DNA of 64,000 bases from a virus (taxonomy: Duplodnaviria; Heunggongvirae; Uroviricota; Caudoviricetes): the IMG/VR virus record IMGVR_UViG_3300033076_000838, positions 111,836 through 175,835 of that record; one strand, written 5' to 3'. The translations under genes and the position numbers were made by a program. Below, in pieces: positions 39,341-47,759 of the stretch; the first letter of the stretch is position 1, and each line of letters opens with the position of its first letter. The notes below the pieces were generated by a model. It was given only the letters and a program-made list of their open reading frames with translations, was not told the DNA's origin and ran no database searches.

Positions 39341-39663
39341 GTATGATACAAAAATTAATAGGGTTCTTTTCAAAGAATCAAAAGTATTTCACAATTGGTG
39401 GTGCGTGTTTATTGTTAGTTCTTAATGGAGAACAACGAACTAGAATCTTTAAATTACAGCAAGAATTGAAAACTGCACAAATGTTACAAGGTGGTGATAT
39501 TGTTAAAGATTCGTTAGTAAATGAAAACGATAGTTTAAGATTAGAATTATTCAATTCACAAAATCTAAATGGTAGATACGAAATGGGTATGGAATATCTC
39601 TATGAAATCAATCCAAAAGCTGGAAAAGAGTTTGAGGAGTATATAAACAATAATACCGAATAG
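39337..39663 (+). CDS. membrane protein
   Basis: N-terminal TM segment. Confidence 0.4.
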   Translation: MSMIQKLIGFFSKNQKYFTIGGACLLLVLNGEQRTRIFKLQQELKTAQMLQGGDIVKDSLVNENDSLRLELFNSQNLNGRYEMGMEYLYEINPKAGKEFEEYINNNTE

Positions 39664-40008
39664 ATGCCACTTAATTTATTATATGGAATCCTTTATGGTA
39701 TTTTAGGACAAGTTATATCTTTTATGCAATTACAAGGTAGTATAAAGTATGGTTGGTTTCAAAAATATCCAATCTTAGTTTTATTATCAGCAATACCATC
39801 AACTTGGTTATACATTAAATCAGTTGATAATTTAGTAATATGGGGTGATGGTCAATTATGGCCAAGTAGATTAATTGGGTTTGGTATTGGAATAATCATA
39901 TTCGTTACTCTAAGTATGATACTTTTTAATGAAGAACTGACACTTAAAACTATAACCTGTTTATTACTTGCATTAAGTATTTTATTAATTCAGCTGTTTT
40001 GGAAATAA
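39664..40008 (+). CDS. multi-pass membrane protein
   Basis: 3-4 hydrophobic segments. Confidence 0.45.
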   Translation: MPLNLLYGILYGILGQVISFMQLQGSIKYGWFQKYPILVLLSAIPSTWLYIKSVDNLVIWGDGQLWPSRLIGFGIGIIIFVTLSMILFNEELTLKTITCLLLALSILLIQLFWK

Positions 40009-40060
40009 TGTATATATTTATACATGAAATATTTTCCATCACCACTTAATTTTTTCTATT

Positions 40061-40297
40061 ATGTTCTCCAAATTCATCAAAAGCCGTATGTCTTTGGTGG
40101 AACAAGAATCTAAAAAAAACACCAATTCCTTTGCGTTCGGTAGAACGGATTTGGAAGGGTTAGAGGAATGGTTGTATAATAGAGAAGCCCGTTCTATTAG
40201 ACAAACTGACTCGAATGTTACTTTGGATAATGTCAATTCCCTTACAGGCCGCGATGGTTGGGATGACAACTTGATTCACACCGAAGGTGATTTCTAA
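40061..40297 (+). CDS. hypothetical protein
   Basis: ORF track; followed by a terminator. Confidence 0.4.
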   Translation: MFSKFIKSRMSLVEQESKKNTNSFAFGRTDLEGLEEWLYNREARSIRQTDSNVTLDNVNSLTGRDGWDDNLIHTEGDF

Positions 40298-40305
40298 AAG
40301 AAATT

Positions 40306-40333
40306 AAAAAGCCCCTATGTTGGGGTTTTTTTA
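40306..40333 (+). terminator. intrinsic terminator
   Basis: AAAAAGCCCC-TATGTT-GGGGTTTTTTT. Confidence 0.6.
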
Positions 40334-40364
40334 TGCAAAATATTTTAAAAATAATCCATAAAAT

Positions 40365-40406
40365 ATTTGGAAATATCAGCTTTATTTCGTAGTTTAGCTT
40401 TGTAAT
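40365..40406 (+). promoter_or_regulatory. phage promoter cassette
   Basis: AATAATCCATAAAATATTTGGAAATATCAG...TTAGCTTTGTAATA. Confidence 0.55.
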
Positions 40407-40431
40407 AGGAATTAAACATAAAACATAAAAT

Positions 40432-40692
40432 ATGGATATTAGAGAAAAATGTAGAGAACGTGCGATTGAATTCGCGAAAGAGTGGGAAAATGAATTCCCA
40501 ATTGTAACTGAACATAACATCGATATTATGGTTTCGATTATGTGTACCCGTGATAAGAGTTCTTATCCCGGTGGTGGATTCGTTGAAGCAGTTTGTGATA
40601 ATAATTTATATCAAGCAGTAACACGTGCAGATTCATCAAATCTTAAAGTATTAAAATTGTTAGTGTTGTGTCATCGTAATTGTTTCGTATAA
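40432..40692 (+). CDS. hypothetical protein
   Basis: ORF track. Confidence 0.45.
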   Translation: MDIREKCRERAIEFAKEWENEFPIVTEHNIDIMVSIMCTRDKSSYPGGGFVEAVCDNNLYQAVTRADSSNLKVLKLLVLCHRNCFV

Positions 40693-40693
40693 A

Positions 40694-40825
40694 ATGAAAG
40701 TATTAGATAAATGGGATTTGGCAGTTATAGTAGTTGATGGAATCCATCTTACATTATTATCCGGTCTTTTGATTGGAATGGTGTATTTATTTTTTAAAGA
40801 AATTTTAAAAGAAGAATATGAGTAA
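40694..40825 (+). CDS. small TM protein (43 aa)
   Basis: MKVLDKWDLAVIVVDGIHLTLLSGLLIGMVYLFF. Confidence 0.3.
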   Translation: MKVLDKWDLAVIVVDGIHLTLLSGLLIGMVYLFFKEILKEEYE

Positions 40826-40988
40826 TGAATTAACAATAGGCGATTTACAAACCATCGAACTTATTCTAACCGAAGCATCAGCATGGGGATTACGTTATGA
40901 GGTTGAAGAAACTGCCAAAAAACTTATTGAAGAAGGTAGTGATATTTTGGCAGCATATGAAGATGCGTATGCTGATTGGGTAAAATAA
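40818..40988 (+). CDS. small acidic protein (56 aa)
   Basis: MSNELTIGDLQTIELILTEA... Confidence 0.3.
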   Translation: MSNELTIGDLQTIELILTEASAWGLRYEVEETAKKLIEEGSDILAAYEDAYADWVK

Positions 40989-40999
40989 TTTTTTCTAAT

Positions 41000-41125
41000 A
41001 TATACTATTATGGATATAAATCAAGTAGTAAATAGTGTAGGTGCAGGATTAGCAGGAGCTTTAACTTTCTGGTTAATGGGTGCACTTAAACGTGATATAC
41101 AACGTAGAAAAAATAAAAAAAAATA
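41000..41125 (+). CDS. small TM peptide (about 40 aa, holin-like); exact end uncertain inside an A-run
   Basis: MDINQVVNSVGAGLAGALTFWLMGALKRD. Confidence 0.25.
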
Positions 41126-41386
41126 ATGGCCAAAATAGTACACATTTTAGAAGGTTGGGGAAACTATGTTATGGACAAGTTCGATATGTTAGATTCCGAT
41201 ACACAAGAGTTAGCAAGTAAAAGATTATTACATTGCGATGCATGTCATATGAGAGATGGTAATTCATGTTCAACAAGTAGAATAGGATTTCATGAGATTA
41301 CGAAACAATTAACAAAAGGTTGTGGTTGTAATATATCAGCAAAAACTTTATCAAGAGGTTCTCATTGTCCATTAGGTAAATGGTAA
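41126..41386 (+). CDS. Cys-rich small protein
   Basis: HCDACH...CGCN...HCPLG. Confidence 0.4.
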   Translation: MAKIVHILEGWGNYVMDKFDMLDSDTQELASKRLLHCDACHMRDGNSCSTSRIGFHEITKQLTKGCGCNISAKTLSRGSHCPLGKW

Positions 41387-41395
41387 ATAAATTTT

Positions 41396-41665
41396 ATGAA
41401 AATAATAAAAAATGAAAAAGTAATCGAATTACTTGAAGGTATTGGAGTTGTGATGCGAATCATAGCATTTGGAACTCTATCTATTATGGGCCCGAATACT
41501 CCGTTTCTTTGGATGTGGATTTGGAATACCATCGATGCTGTTATTTTAACTTATGCGGCATGGGAAAGAGATAATAAATCATACATCTTATTAAACACAT
41601 TTTGGTTAATTGTAGGTGTTGTTGGTATTTACACCTCAATATATGGAAATGGAATTTCACACTAA
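41396..41665 (+). CDS. membrane protein
   Basis: Two TM segments. Confidence 0.4.
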   Translation: MKIIKNEKVIELLEGIGVVMRIIAFGTLSIMGPNTPFLWMWIWNTIDAVILTYAAWERDNKSYILLNTFWLIVGVVGIYTSIYGNGISH

Positions 41666-41686
41666 CCTTGCCCGTCTAAAATTCAA

Positions 41687-41938
41687 ATGAGCGGTAAAGT
41701 AATACACATAGATGAGAGTCAGATTCAATTAATCAATCTAATAGATGCTTGGTTAAGAGATGAGATGCGAAATGATAAAAATGATTATACCACAATTGGG
41801 GTAGTTGCAAATGCAAGAGTATTTTTATCAAAAATTTTAGAAGAAGGTTGGTATAGAGAAGGTAGTGAACAACAAGCCCTACTAACCGATTTAAGAAATG
41901 ATTGGATTCGTAATGGTGGTAAGTGGAAAGCTAAGTAG
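41687..41938 (+). CDS. hypothetical protein
   Basis: ORF track. Confidence 0.4.
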   Translation: MSGKVIHIDESQIQLINLIDAWLRDEMRNDKNDYTTIGVVANARVFLSKILEEGWYREGSEQQALLTDLRNDWIRNGGKWKAK

Positions 41939-42115
41939 CTATAAGCTCTTACTTATACTCTTTTTATTTAACTTTATCAGCTTCTAGTTTTAAAGCTCTT
42001 TTATAATTATTAGCTTTTCAGAAAATTTATAACACTTTTTTCAAAAAAAGTTATTAACATATTAAATATTCATAATATGTTGATAATCAATCCCTTATAA
42101 ATCCAATAAAATAAA

Positions 42116-42152
42116 TTTGGAAATATGGGGATTTTTTCGTAATTTAGTCTTA
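42116..42152 (+). promoter_or_regulatory. phage promoter cassette (variant)
   Basis: AAATTTGGAAATATGGGG...TTCGTAATTTAGTCTTAT. Confidence 0.45.
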
Positions 42153-42165
42153 TAAAATTTAAACG

Positions 42166-42411
42166 ATGAAAGTATTAGAGTTAATAAGATGTATGAAATG
42201 TGGTGGTGATATGCCACTTTTACGATTATCTAAATATGGATACAAATCTTGTGTAAATTGTAGTACAACTGAAAGAGTTGGTGGTGTTCCAATTACCAAT
42301 CACAAAACAGGTAATACAATTCAGATTGTTCCCAAAGAGGTGGCAGAAAATCTTATTCGTTTATCACAACGACAAGGGTATGGTGTGTGTAAAGGAATGA
42401 AATATAATTAA
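42166..42411 (+). CDS. C4 zinc-finger protein (TraR/DksA-like)
   Basis: CMKCGG...CVNCS. Confidence 0.4.
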   Translation: MKVLELIRCMKCGGDMPLLRLSKYGYKSCVNCSTTERVGGVPITNHKTGNTIQIVPKEVAENLIRLSQRQGYGVCKGMKYN

Positions 42412-42421
42412 AACTTAAACT

Positions 42422-42691
42422 ATGAAACGAATAATAATTGGATGTATATTGCTATCAGCATGTGGACCAATTCAGCCTGAATATGTAGATAAAGATGGTA
42501 AAGAATACGTGTTCATATCACATTGTGTCAAATCTCATACTGAAACTGATTATGGCTATCATTATGGATACAATACAATAAAGGGTGGGTTTGATTGGCA
42601 CTATGGTATGGATACTAAAACTATTTGTGATAGTTCAGTAGTTGATACGATTGAAATCAATAAAGATAAAAAATTCTACGCTAAGAAATAG
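42422..42691 (+). CDS. lipoprotein
   Basis: MKRIIIGCILLSAC lipobox. Confidence 0.45.
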   Translation: MKRIIIGCILLSACGPIQPEYVDKDGKEYVFISHCVKSHTETDYGYHYGYNTIKGGFDWHYGMDTKTICDSSVVDTIEINKDKKFYAKK

Positions 42692-42693
42692 TT

Positions 42694-43254
42694 ATGATGG
42701 TATATAGACGGTTTCAATATGAAGATGGATTAGATATTATTGCTCCTTTAAAACATGGAACTCGTTGGTTAGAAGAAGAAACACATCCAATTAAAATAAT
42801 AGAAGACCCACTATCCAAAGGAGAATTAAAAAAATATCCAATTAATGAAACTACATATTGGATATATAGAAATGGTAAAGACCATTTATTATCTGCTTTG
42901 ATGACAGAAATACGTGGTGCTATTGAATTTGAAACCGATGATATACAAACTATTATTGATAAATTTTTAAGTGGTGATACAACACATTGGTCATCAACTA
43001 CCTACAAAAAAATGTATCAGTATTGGAATATCCATAATTTTATACCAATACATCTATCAAATATTTCATCATTATTTAATGTTAGGTTTCAAAAAGAAAA
43101 ATATGAAATGCAATCTTATACCAAAACACCATACGATGTAAATTATATTATTGAATTAGTTGGTGATAAAACTTTAAATCAATTATTGAAAATGGTAAGT
43201 AAAGATGAAATTTATTTAAATATGATATTAACAAATACCCATAAAATAATTTAA
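42694..43254 (+). CDS. hypothetical protein
   Basis: ORF track. Confidence 0.45.
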   Translation: MMVYRRFQYEDGLDIIAPLKHGTRWLEEETHPIKIIEDPLSKGELKKYPINETTYWIYRNGKDHLLSALMTEIRGAIEFETDDIQTIIDKFLSGDTTHWSSTTYKKMYQYWNIHNFIPIHLSNISSLFNVRFQKEKYEMQSYTKTPYDVNYIIELVGDKTLNQLLKMVSKDEIYLNMILTNTHKII

Positions 43255-43913
43255 TGAAAGTAAATTATAAAATACAACAAGTAAAACCTAAAATATTTGC
43301 AGTAATTATTAAAGATGATTACGATAGGGCAATGACTTTTTGCAGAATGCAAGAATACTACGAATCTCCAAACCCCAAGTTCAGAGGTAAATCATTTGAT
43401 ATGTGGGAATATATGAAATGGTATAGTAAAGAATATGGTAGAGGATTTACTTATGGAACTGATTGGAGTGGATTCAACGTTCCGTTGGAAGTTGCATATA
43501 ATTGTTATGATAAACATTACGATACTTACACTCCATATGATGAGATAATGGAAAAGATTGTATTTGATATTTACGAAATGAATGGTGATAGTTGTGATGG
43601 TTATATTATTGGATGTGGTAATATAAAAGATGATACATTCAAACATGAGGTTTGTCATGGGTTATATCATACGAATAGTGAATATAAAAAGTTGGCTAAT
43701 GAAAACATTAAGTTAATTTCAAAAGACCACTACACTATTTTCAAAAACAATTTATTGGAAATGGGATACACTACCAAAGTAATAGATGATGAGATTCAAG
43801 CGTATTTACAATATGGTTGGGAAAGTAATAAATTTGGTAAAGGTGTTTCATTAGAAATACGCGAAATGTATAATAGTTGGTATGAAGATGATTTGAAAAA
43901 ATATTCAAAATAA
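43254..43913 (+). CDS. HExxH-motif protein
   Basis: FKHEVCHGLYH. Confidence 0.4.
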   Translation: MKVNYKIQQVKPKIFAVIIKDDYDRAMTFCRMQEYYESPNPKFRGKSFDMWEYMKWYSKEYGRGFTYGTDWSGFNVPLEVAYNCYDKHYDTYTPYDEIMEKIVFDIYEMNGDSCDGYIIGCGNIKDDTFKHEVCHGLYHTNSEYKKLANENIKLISKDHYTIFKNNLLEMGYTTKVIDDEIQAYLQYGWESNKFGKGVSLEIREMYNSWYEDDLKKYSK

Positions 43914-43936
43914 AAAAACGTAATATATATAAATAT

Positions 43937-45106
43937 ATGGATAGTAAAGTTGATTTAACAAAATACGTTTGTAGAGCACCATTTGAAGATTTTATGGTTT
44001 TCAATAATTCTACTTGGTTTTGTTGTCCAGATTGGATGGAAATACCTTTTGAAGAATGGTCGATGATTACTGAAAATGAAACTGATAATTTAAAATCAGT
44101 TTGGTTTAATGATATTAATCAACGAGTAAGACAAGGTGTTTTAGATGGAACATATAAATATTGTTCTAAAACAAAGTGTCCGTATTTATCAAAATTAATT
44201 AATACCGATGAAAAAACTTTATTAAAACAATTTGAATCGGATGCCGGTAAATCAGTTTATTTTGGATATTTTTATAAAAGAAATGAATTTTTTAAAAAAT
44301 ACAATTTAAGTGAAACTGATAAAGAGTGGAAATTATTTCCTCGTCTTATTTACTTTAATTTTGATTATGCATGTAATTTACGATGTCCATCATGTAGATT
44401 AGATACTATAACAAATCGTAGAGATAAAGTGATAGACGGTATTATTGATGATATAAATAATCAATTTAGTGAAGATGTTGAAGTAATACATATGACAGGA
44501 AGTGGTGACCCATTTTACTCAAACGCATTTAGAAACTTTATGCAAACATTTGATGTAAAAAAATATCCAAAATTAAAAGCTATTTATTTAGTTTCTAATG
44601 GAAATATGTGGACACAAGAAATGTGGGAATCGGTAAAAGCAATTCATCCATATGTGTATGAATATGAAATTTCAATCGATGCAGCAACACGTGATACATA
44701 TGAAAATAAAGTAAGATTAAATGGTCATTGGGATACTTTAATTAAAAATTTAAAATATCATTCTACATTAAAATTCATAAATAGAAATTTTTCTTTTGTA
44801 GTACAAGACCATAATGTAGGTGAGATAAACAAATTTGTAAAATTGATTCAAAGTATATATGATTATAATGAAACACCATATACTATTACTTTTAGAGCAA
44901 TACAAGATTGGAATCATCAAACAAAAGAATGGATAAAGGAACGTTCAGTGCAAGACCCGTCCCACCCATTACACAACGTATTATTAGAACAATTAAGAGA
45001 ATTAGGTAACAAAAAATATGTAATACATAACTTTTGGCATTTATTGACGGAAGAACAAAAAACGAATGAAATTTTCGATGAACCAAAAAGAACAAAATTA
45101 ATATAA
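43937..45106 (+). CDS. radical SAM domain protein
   Basis: CNLRCPSC, a CxxxCxxC cluster at about aa 147. Confidence 0.5.
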   Translation: MDSKVDLTKYVCRAPFEDFMVFNNSTWFCCPDWMEIPFEEWSMITENETDNLKSVWFNDINQRVRQGVLDGTYKYCSKTKCPYLSKLINTDEKTLLKQFESDAGKSVYFGYFYKRNEFFKKYNLSETDKEWKLFPRLIYFNFDYACNLRCPSCRLDTITNRRDKVIDGIIDDINNQFSEDVEVIHMTGSGDPFYSNAFRNFMQTFDVKKYPKLKAIYLVSNGNMWTQEMWESVKAIHPYVYEYEISIDAATRDTYENKVRLNGHWDTLIKNLKYHSTLKFINRNFSFVVQDHNVGEINKFVKLIQSIYDYNETPYTITFRAIQDWNHQTKEWIKERSVQDPSHPLHNVLLEQLRELGNKKYVIHNFWHLLTEEQKTNEIFDEPKRTKLI

Positions 45107-45109
45107 ATT

Positions 45110-45310
45110 ATGACACTACAAGACATCAGCAGAAAATATAGAATTTCTGACAACTATTTAAGTTCAAAAGAAGATGCATTAATCGTTACTGCAGCATCTA
45201 TAAACGATTTGATTGAAGAATTACAACCAATCAACGGAACAACAAGTGTAACGGAAAAAATGCAACGATTAGTGGATTTTTTACAAGATGTAAAAAATTC
45301 TACATTTTAA
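45110..45310 (+). CDS. small hypothetical protein
   Basis: ORF track. Confidence 0.4.
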   Translation: MTLQDISRKYRISDNYLSSKEDALIVTAASINDLIEELQPINGTTSVTEKMQRLVDFLQDVKNSTF

Positions 45311-45346
45311 TTTGGAAAATTAAAAAACTTTTCGTATCTTTGTATA
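45310..45346 (+). promoter_or_regulatory. phage promoter (short form)
   Basis: ATTTGGAAAATTAAAAAACTTTTCGTATCTTTGTATAAA. Confidence 0.5.
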
Positions 45347-45367
45347 AATTAAATAAAATCATAAAAG

Positions 45368-45796
45368 ATGAACGTAAAACAAGCATTAAAGGTTAAAAAC
45401 AAATTGGTTACTGAAATGAAGGCTGCATATGGTATTCTTCAAAAGTATAACTCAATTGAAGAAGGTAATCCTCGTAGATATTCTATGATGAATACTTTGG
45501 AAAAAATCAAAACTCTACAAGCGGAGTTGGTGGATTTAAAAACAAAAATCCATAAAGCAAATCAACCAGTGTATGATAAAATCTTTGCATTGGCAGAATT
45601 AAAAGGAATGATTAAGGAGTTGAAAAAAGTTTCAACCGAAGAAGGTAAGGTTAATGAAAGATACGGAAGTGTTGTTTCAGTAAAAGAAGTAGAATTAAAT
45701 GTAACTGATATTGATGCTGCAATTGCAGTGTTAGAATCACAAATTGAGGGATTGCAAAATGAATTAGATATTCATAATGCAACAACTCAAATTTAA
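45368..45796 (+). CDS. coiled-coil protein
   Basis: ORF track. Confidence 0.45.
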   Translation: MNVKQALKVKNKLVTEMKAAYGILQKYNSIEEGNPRRYSMMNTLEKIKTLQAELVDLKTKIHKANQPVYDKIFALAELKGMIKELKKVSTEEGKVNERYGSVVSVKEVELNVTDIDAAIAVLESQIEGLQNELDIHNATTQI

Positions 45797-45979
45797 AAAT
45801 ATTGAGTGAGTGGGGTTTGAAAACTATTAATTAGTTTATTCTTACAATTCTACTATGATGCCAAAATAGCGGATGAACGAATAAGATAACGAATAATTTA
45901 CAAACCTCAAAAATATTAGGGTCTCTTGTCGGCACGTCAATACAATCAAACCTCGCTGAAACCCGAATAACCTTTTTGA

Positions 45980-46264
45980 TTGGATTCATTCTCCACAAAC
46001 TCAAACTTATTAACCACTAAAACAAAAATTATGAATTGGTTTATTACCTATTACGTTCTTTGTATTATTTATTGTTTCTATCAATTAAGCAAAAAATATA
46101 AAGCAAGAGGTGTAGATTATGGAACATCACCAGAGTTAGATTCGATAATGGTATTAGTTATGGCTGGAATATTAGCACCAGTAGATGTAACAATTACTTG
46201 GATTAAAATGGTGAAAGAAGCTGAAGAAGTTAAACGTGAAATTGAAAAAAGGAATATATATTAA
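45980..46264 (+). CDS. small membrane protein
   Basis: Two TM segments. Confidence 0.4.
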   Translation: MDSFSTNSNLLTTKTKIMNWFITYYVLCIIYCFYQLSKKYKARGVDYGTSPELDSIMVLVMAGILAPVDVTITWIKMVKEAEEVKREIEKRNIY

Positions 46265-46277
46265 TATATTCTAATTT

Positions 46278-46366
46278 AGAGAGTTGGCCGAGTTGGTTGA
46301 TGGCACCGGTCTTGAAAACCGGCAGATGTAAAAGTCTCGGGGGTTCGAATCCCTCACTCTCTGCCA
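46278..46366 (+). tRNA. tRNA-Ser (anticodon TGA), type II, CCA encoded
   Basis: Acceptor AGAGAGT/ACTCTCT, anticodon loop CTTGAAA, long variable arm, T-loop GGTTCGAATCC. Confidence 0.8.
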
Positions 46367-46370
46367 AAGT

Positions 46371-46580
46371 ATGATGTTAGAGTTCAAAAAACCAATACCA
46401 GTAGTAGTAGAAGGTAACAAAGATGGATACGCAATCTACGTTACTGATAGTGGTATGTTTGAAAATGATATTTGGTGTGTAGTATTATGTGATGGTGGTA
46501 TAGTTAGACATTACAATTCATCTCAAATAAGGATTTTTCATAACGCAACATTTGACATCAAAAAAGATAATAAATTGTAG
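46371..46580 (+). CDS. small hypothetical protein
   Basis: ORF track. Confidence 0.4.
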   Translation: MMLEFKKPIPVVVEGNKDGYAIYVTDSGMFENDIWCVVLCDGGIVRHYNSSQIRIFHNATFDIKKDNKL

Positions 46581-46748
46581 TGTGTTGGAATTGATTGTGT
46601 AATAACAATCGTGGCAGACAAGCCCTCCTGTCTCGGGGGTGGTGAGAACGAAATAGGTTAGTAATATGGGGTAGACCACCATCCGGCCGGAGAAGTGTTA
46701 TTAACTGAATCGCATCGTGGAGTGTTCGAATCCTCCCACTACAGCAAA
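46576..46748 (+). ncRNA. tRNA-like element of abnormal length (about 173 nt): canonical T-loop plus an acceptor-like pairing TGTAGTG/CACTACA
   Basis: 3' end GGAGTGTTCGAATCCTCCCACTACAG pairs with TGTAGTG at 46576, but the D and anticodon arms are not canonical. Could be an intron-containing or degenerate tRNA. Confidence 0.25.
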
Positions 46749-46770
46749 AGTAAAAAGTTCTTTAACATAT

Positions 46771-47116
46771 GGGGATGTCTGGTATTGACAGATATGAAGT
46801 GTTAGTACAACTGCAAGCAAGGTTAGATGGAAACCTTTGAATACCTATCAAACAATAAACGGCGTTAATAACTACGCTTTGGCTGCCTAATCCCAAAGGG
46901 AAAAGACAACCTCGGGTCGATGCACATTAAACCTCGGAACACAAGTGCTTACAAAGGTGGAAACCAATTGAACCCAAAATCGAATTGGAAACATTAATGA
47001 TAACGAATGTATAAATCTTTATCTATTTTGTTCAGTTAGAAAACGGAACTAAGCTTGTGAATGAAGTTTATTAAACCATATTTTGGACGGGGTTTCGATT
47101 ACCCCCATCTCCACCA
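46771..47116 (+). ncRNA. ssrA: tmRNA (SsrA), tag peptide (A)GVNNYALAA
   Basis: 5' GGGGATGTCTGGTATTGACAG and 3' GGACGGGGTTTCGATTACCCCCATCTCCACCA match the tmRNA tRNA-like domain, with a G3-U70 pair. Internal GGC GTT AAT AAC TAC GCT TTG GCT GCC TAA at 46861-46890 reads GVNNYALAA plus stop. Confidence 0.85.
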
Positions 47117-47276
47117 TTTTTTACGTTTTGTATATTTTTATATATTTATACATACGTTTTGGAATAAGGGTTGAAGCCAACAACTAATAAAACCGATTGT
47201 GTGAACATCTTTCCAACTTATTAGCGGAGGGGTTAAAAAGCCGGATACCCTTAATTCAAAAAAAAAATAAAAAAAG

Positions 47277-47314
47277 ATTTGGAAATATGAAAACTATTTC
47301 GTATCTTTACAAAG
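47277..47314 (+). promoter_or_regulatory. phage promoter (short form) driving the initiator tRNA
   Basis: GATTTGGAAATATGAAAACTATTTCGTATCTTTACAAAG. Confidence 0.5.
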
Positions 47315-47345
47315 TAAAAAGAAAACGTTCTTTAAAATATTATAT

Positions 47346-47417
47346 CGCAGGGTAGAGCAGTGGTAGCTTGGTGGGCTCATAACCCATAGGTCGGAGGTTC
47401 GAATCCTTCCCCTGCAA
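47346..47417 (+). tRNA. initiator tRNA-fMet (CAT)
   Basis: C1-A72 mismatch; three consecutive G-C pairs closing the anticodon stem (GGG-CTCATAA-CCC). Confidence 0.75.
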
Positions 47418-47442
47418 CTAAATAAAAAAACTTTAAAAAAGA

Positions 47443-47479
47443 TTTGGAAATATGAAAACTATTTCGTATCTTTACAAAG
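47443..47479 (+). promoter_or_regulatory. phage promoter (short form), duplicate
   Basis: Identical to the 47277 copy. Confidence 0.5.
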
Positions 47480-47535
47480 TAAAAGAAACCAACCAAACAA
47501 CACAACTATTTTTTAACAATTTAAACAATTAGTAT

Positions 47536-47694
47536 ATGACAAAGTTTTGGAAGTGGTTCGAAAAGTATGGATTTTTAGTTTTAGGTATTAGTAACCTATT
47601 ATGTTTTAATCCTTACAATGCAGTAATTGGGTTAGTATTTATTACCTGGTTTATTGTAGACAAAAAAAATAATAAAAAAGATTTGGAAAATTAA
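47536..47694 (+). CDS. small TM protein (52 aa)
   Basis: MTKFWKWFEKYGFLVLGISNLLCFNPYNAVIGLVFITWFIV...; its 3' end overlaps the next promoter. Confidence 0.3.
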   Translation: MTKFWKWFEKYGFLVLGISNLLCFNPYNAVIGLVFITWFIVDKKNNKKDLEN

Positions 47695-47719
47695 AAAAGT
47701 TTTCGTATCTTTACAAAGT
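47682..47719 (+). promoter_or_regulatory. phage promoter (short form) preceding the ORF-free RNA region
   Basis: GATTTGGAAAATTAAAAAAGTTTTCGTATCTTTACAAAG. Confidence 0.5.
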
Positions 47720-47759
47720 AATCAAACGGATTACAAAAAACGTTCTTTAAAATTATTGA

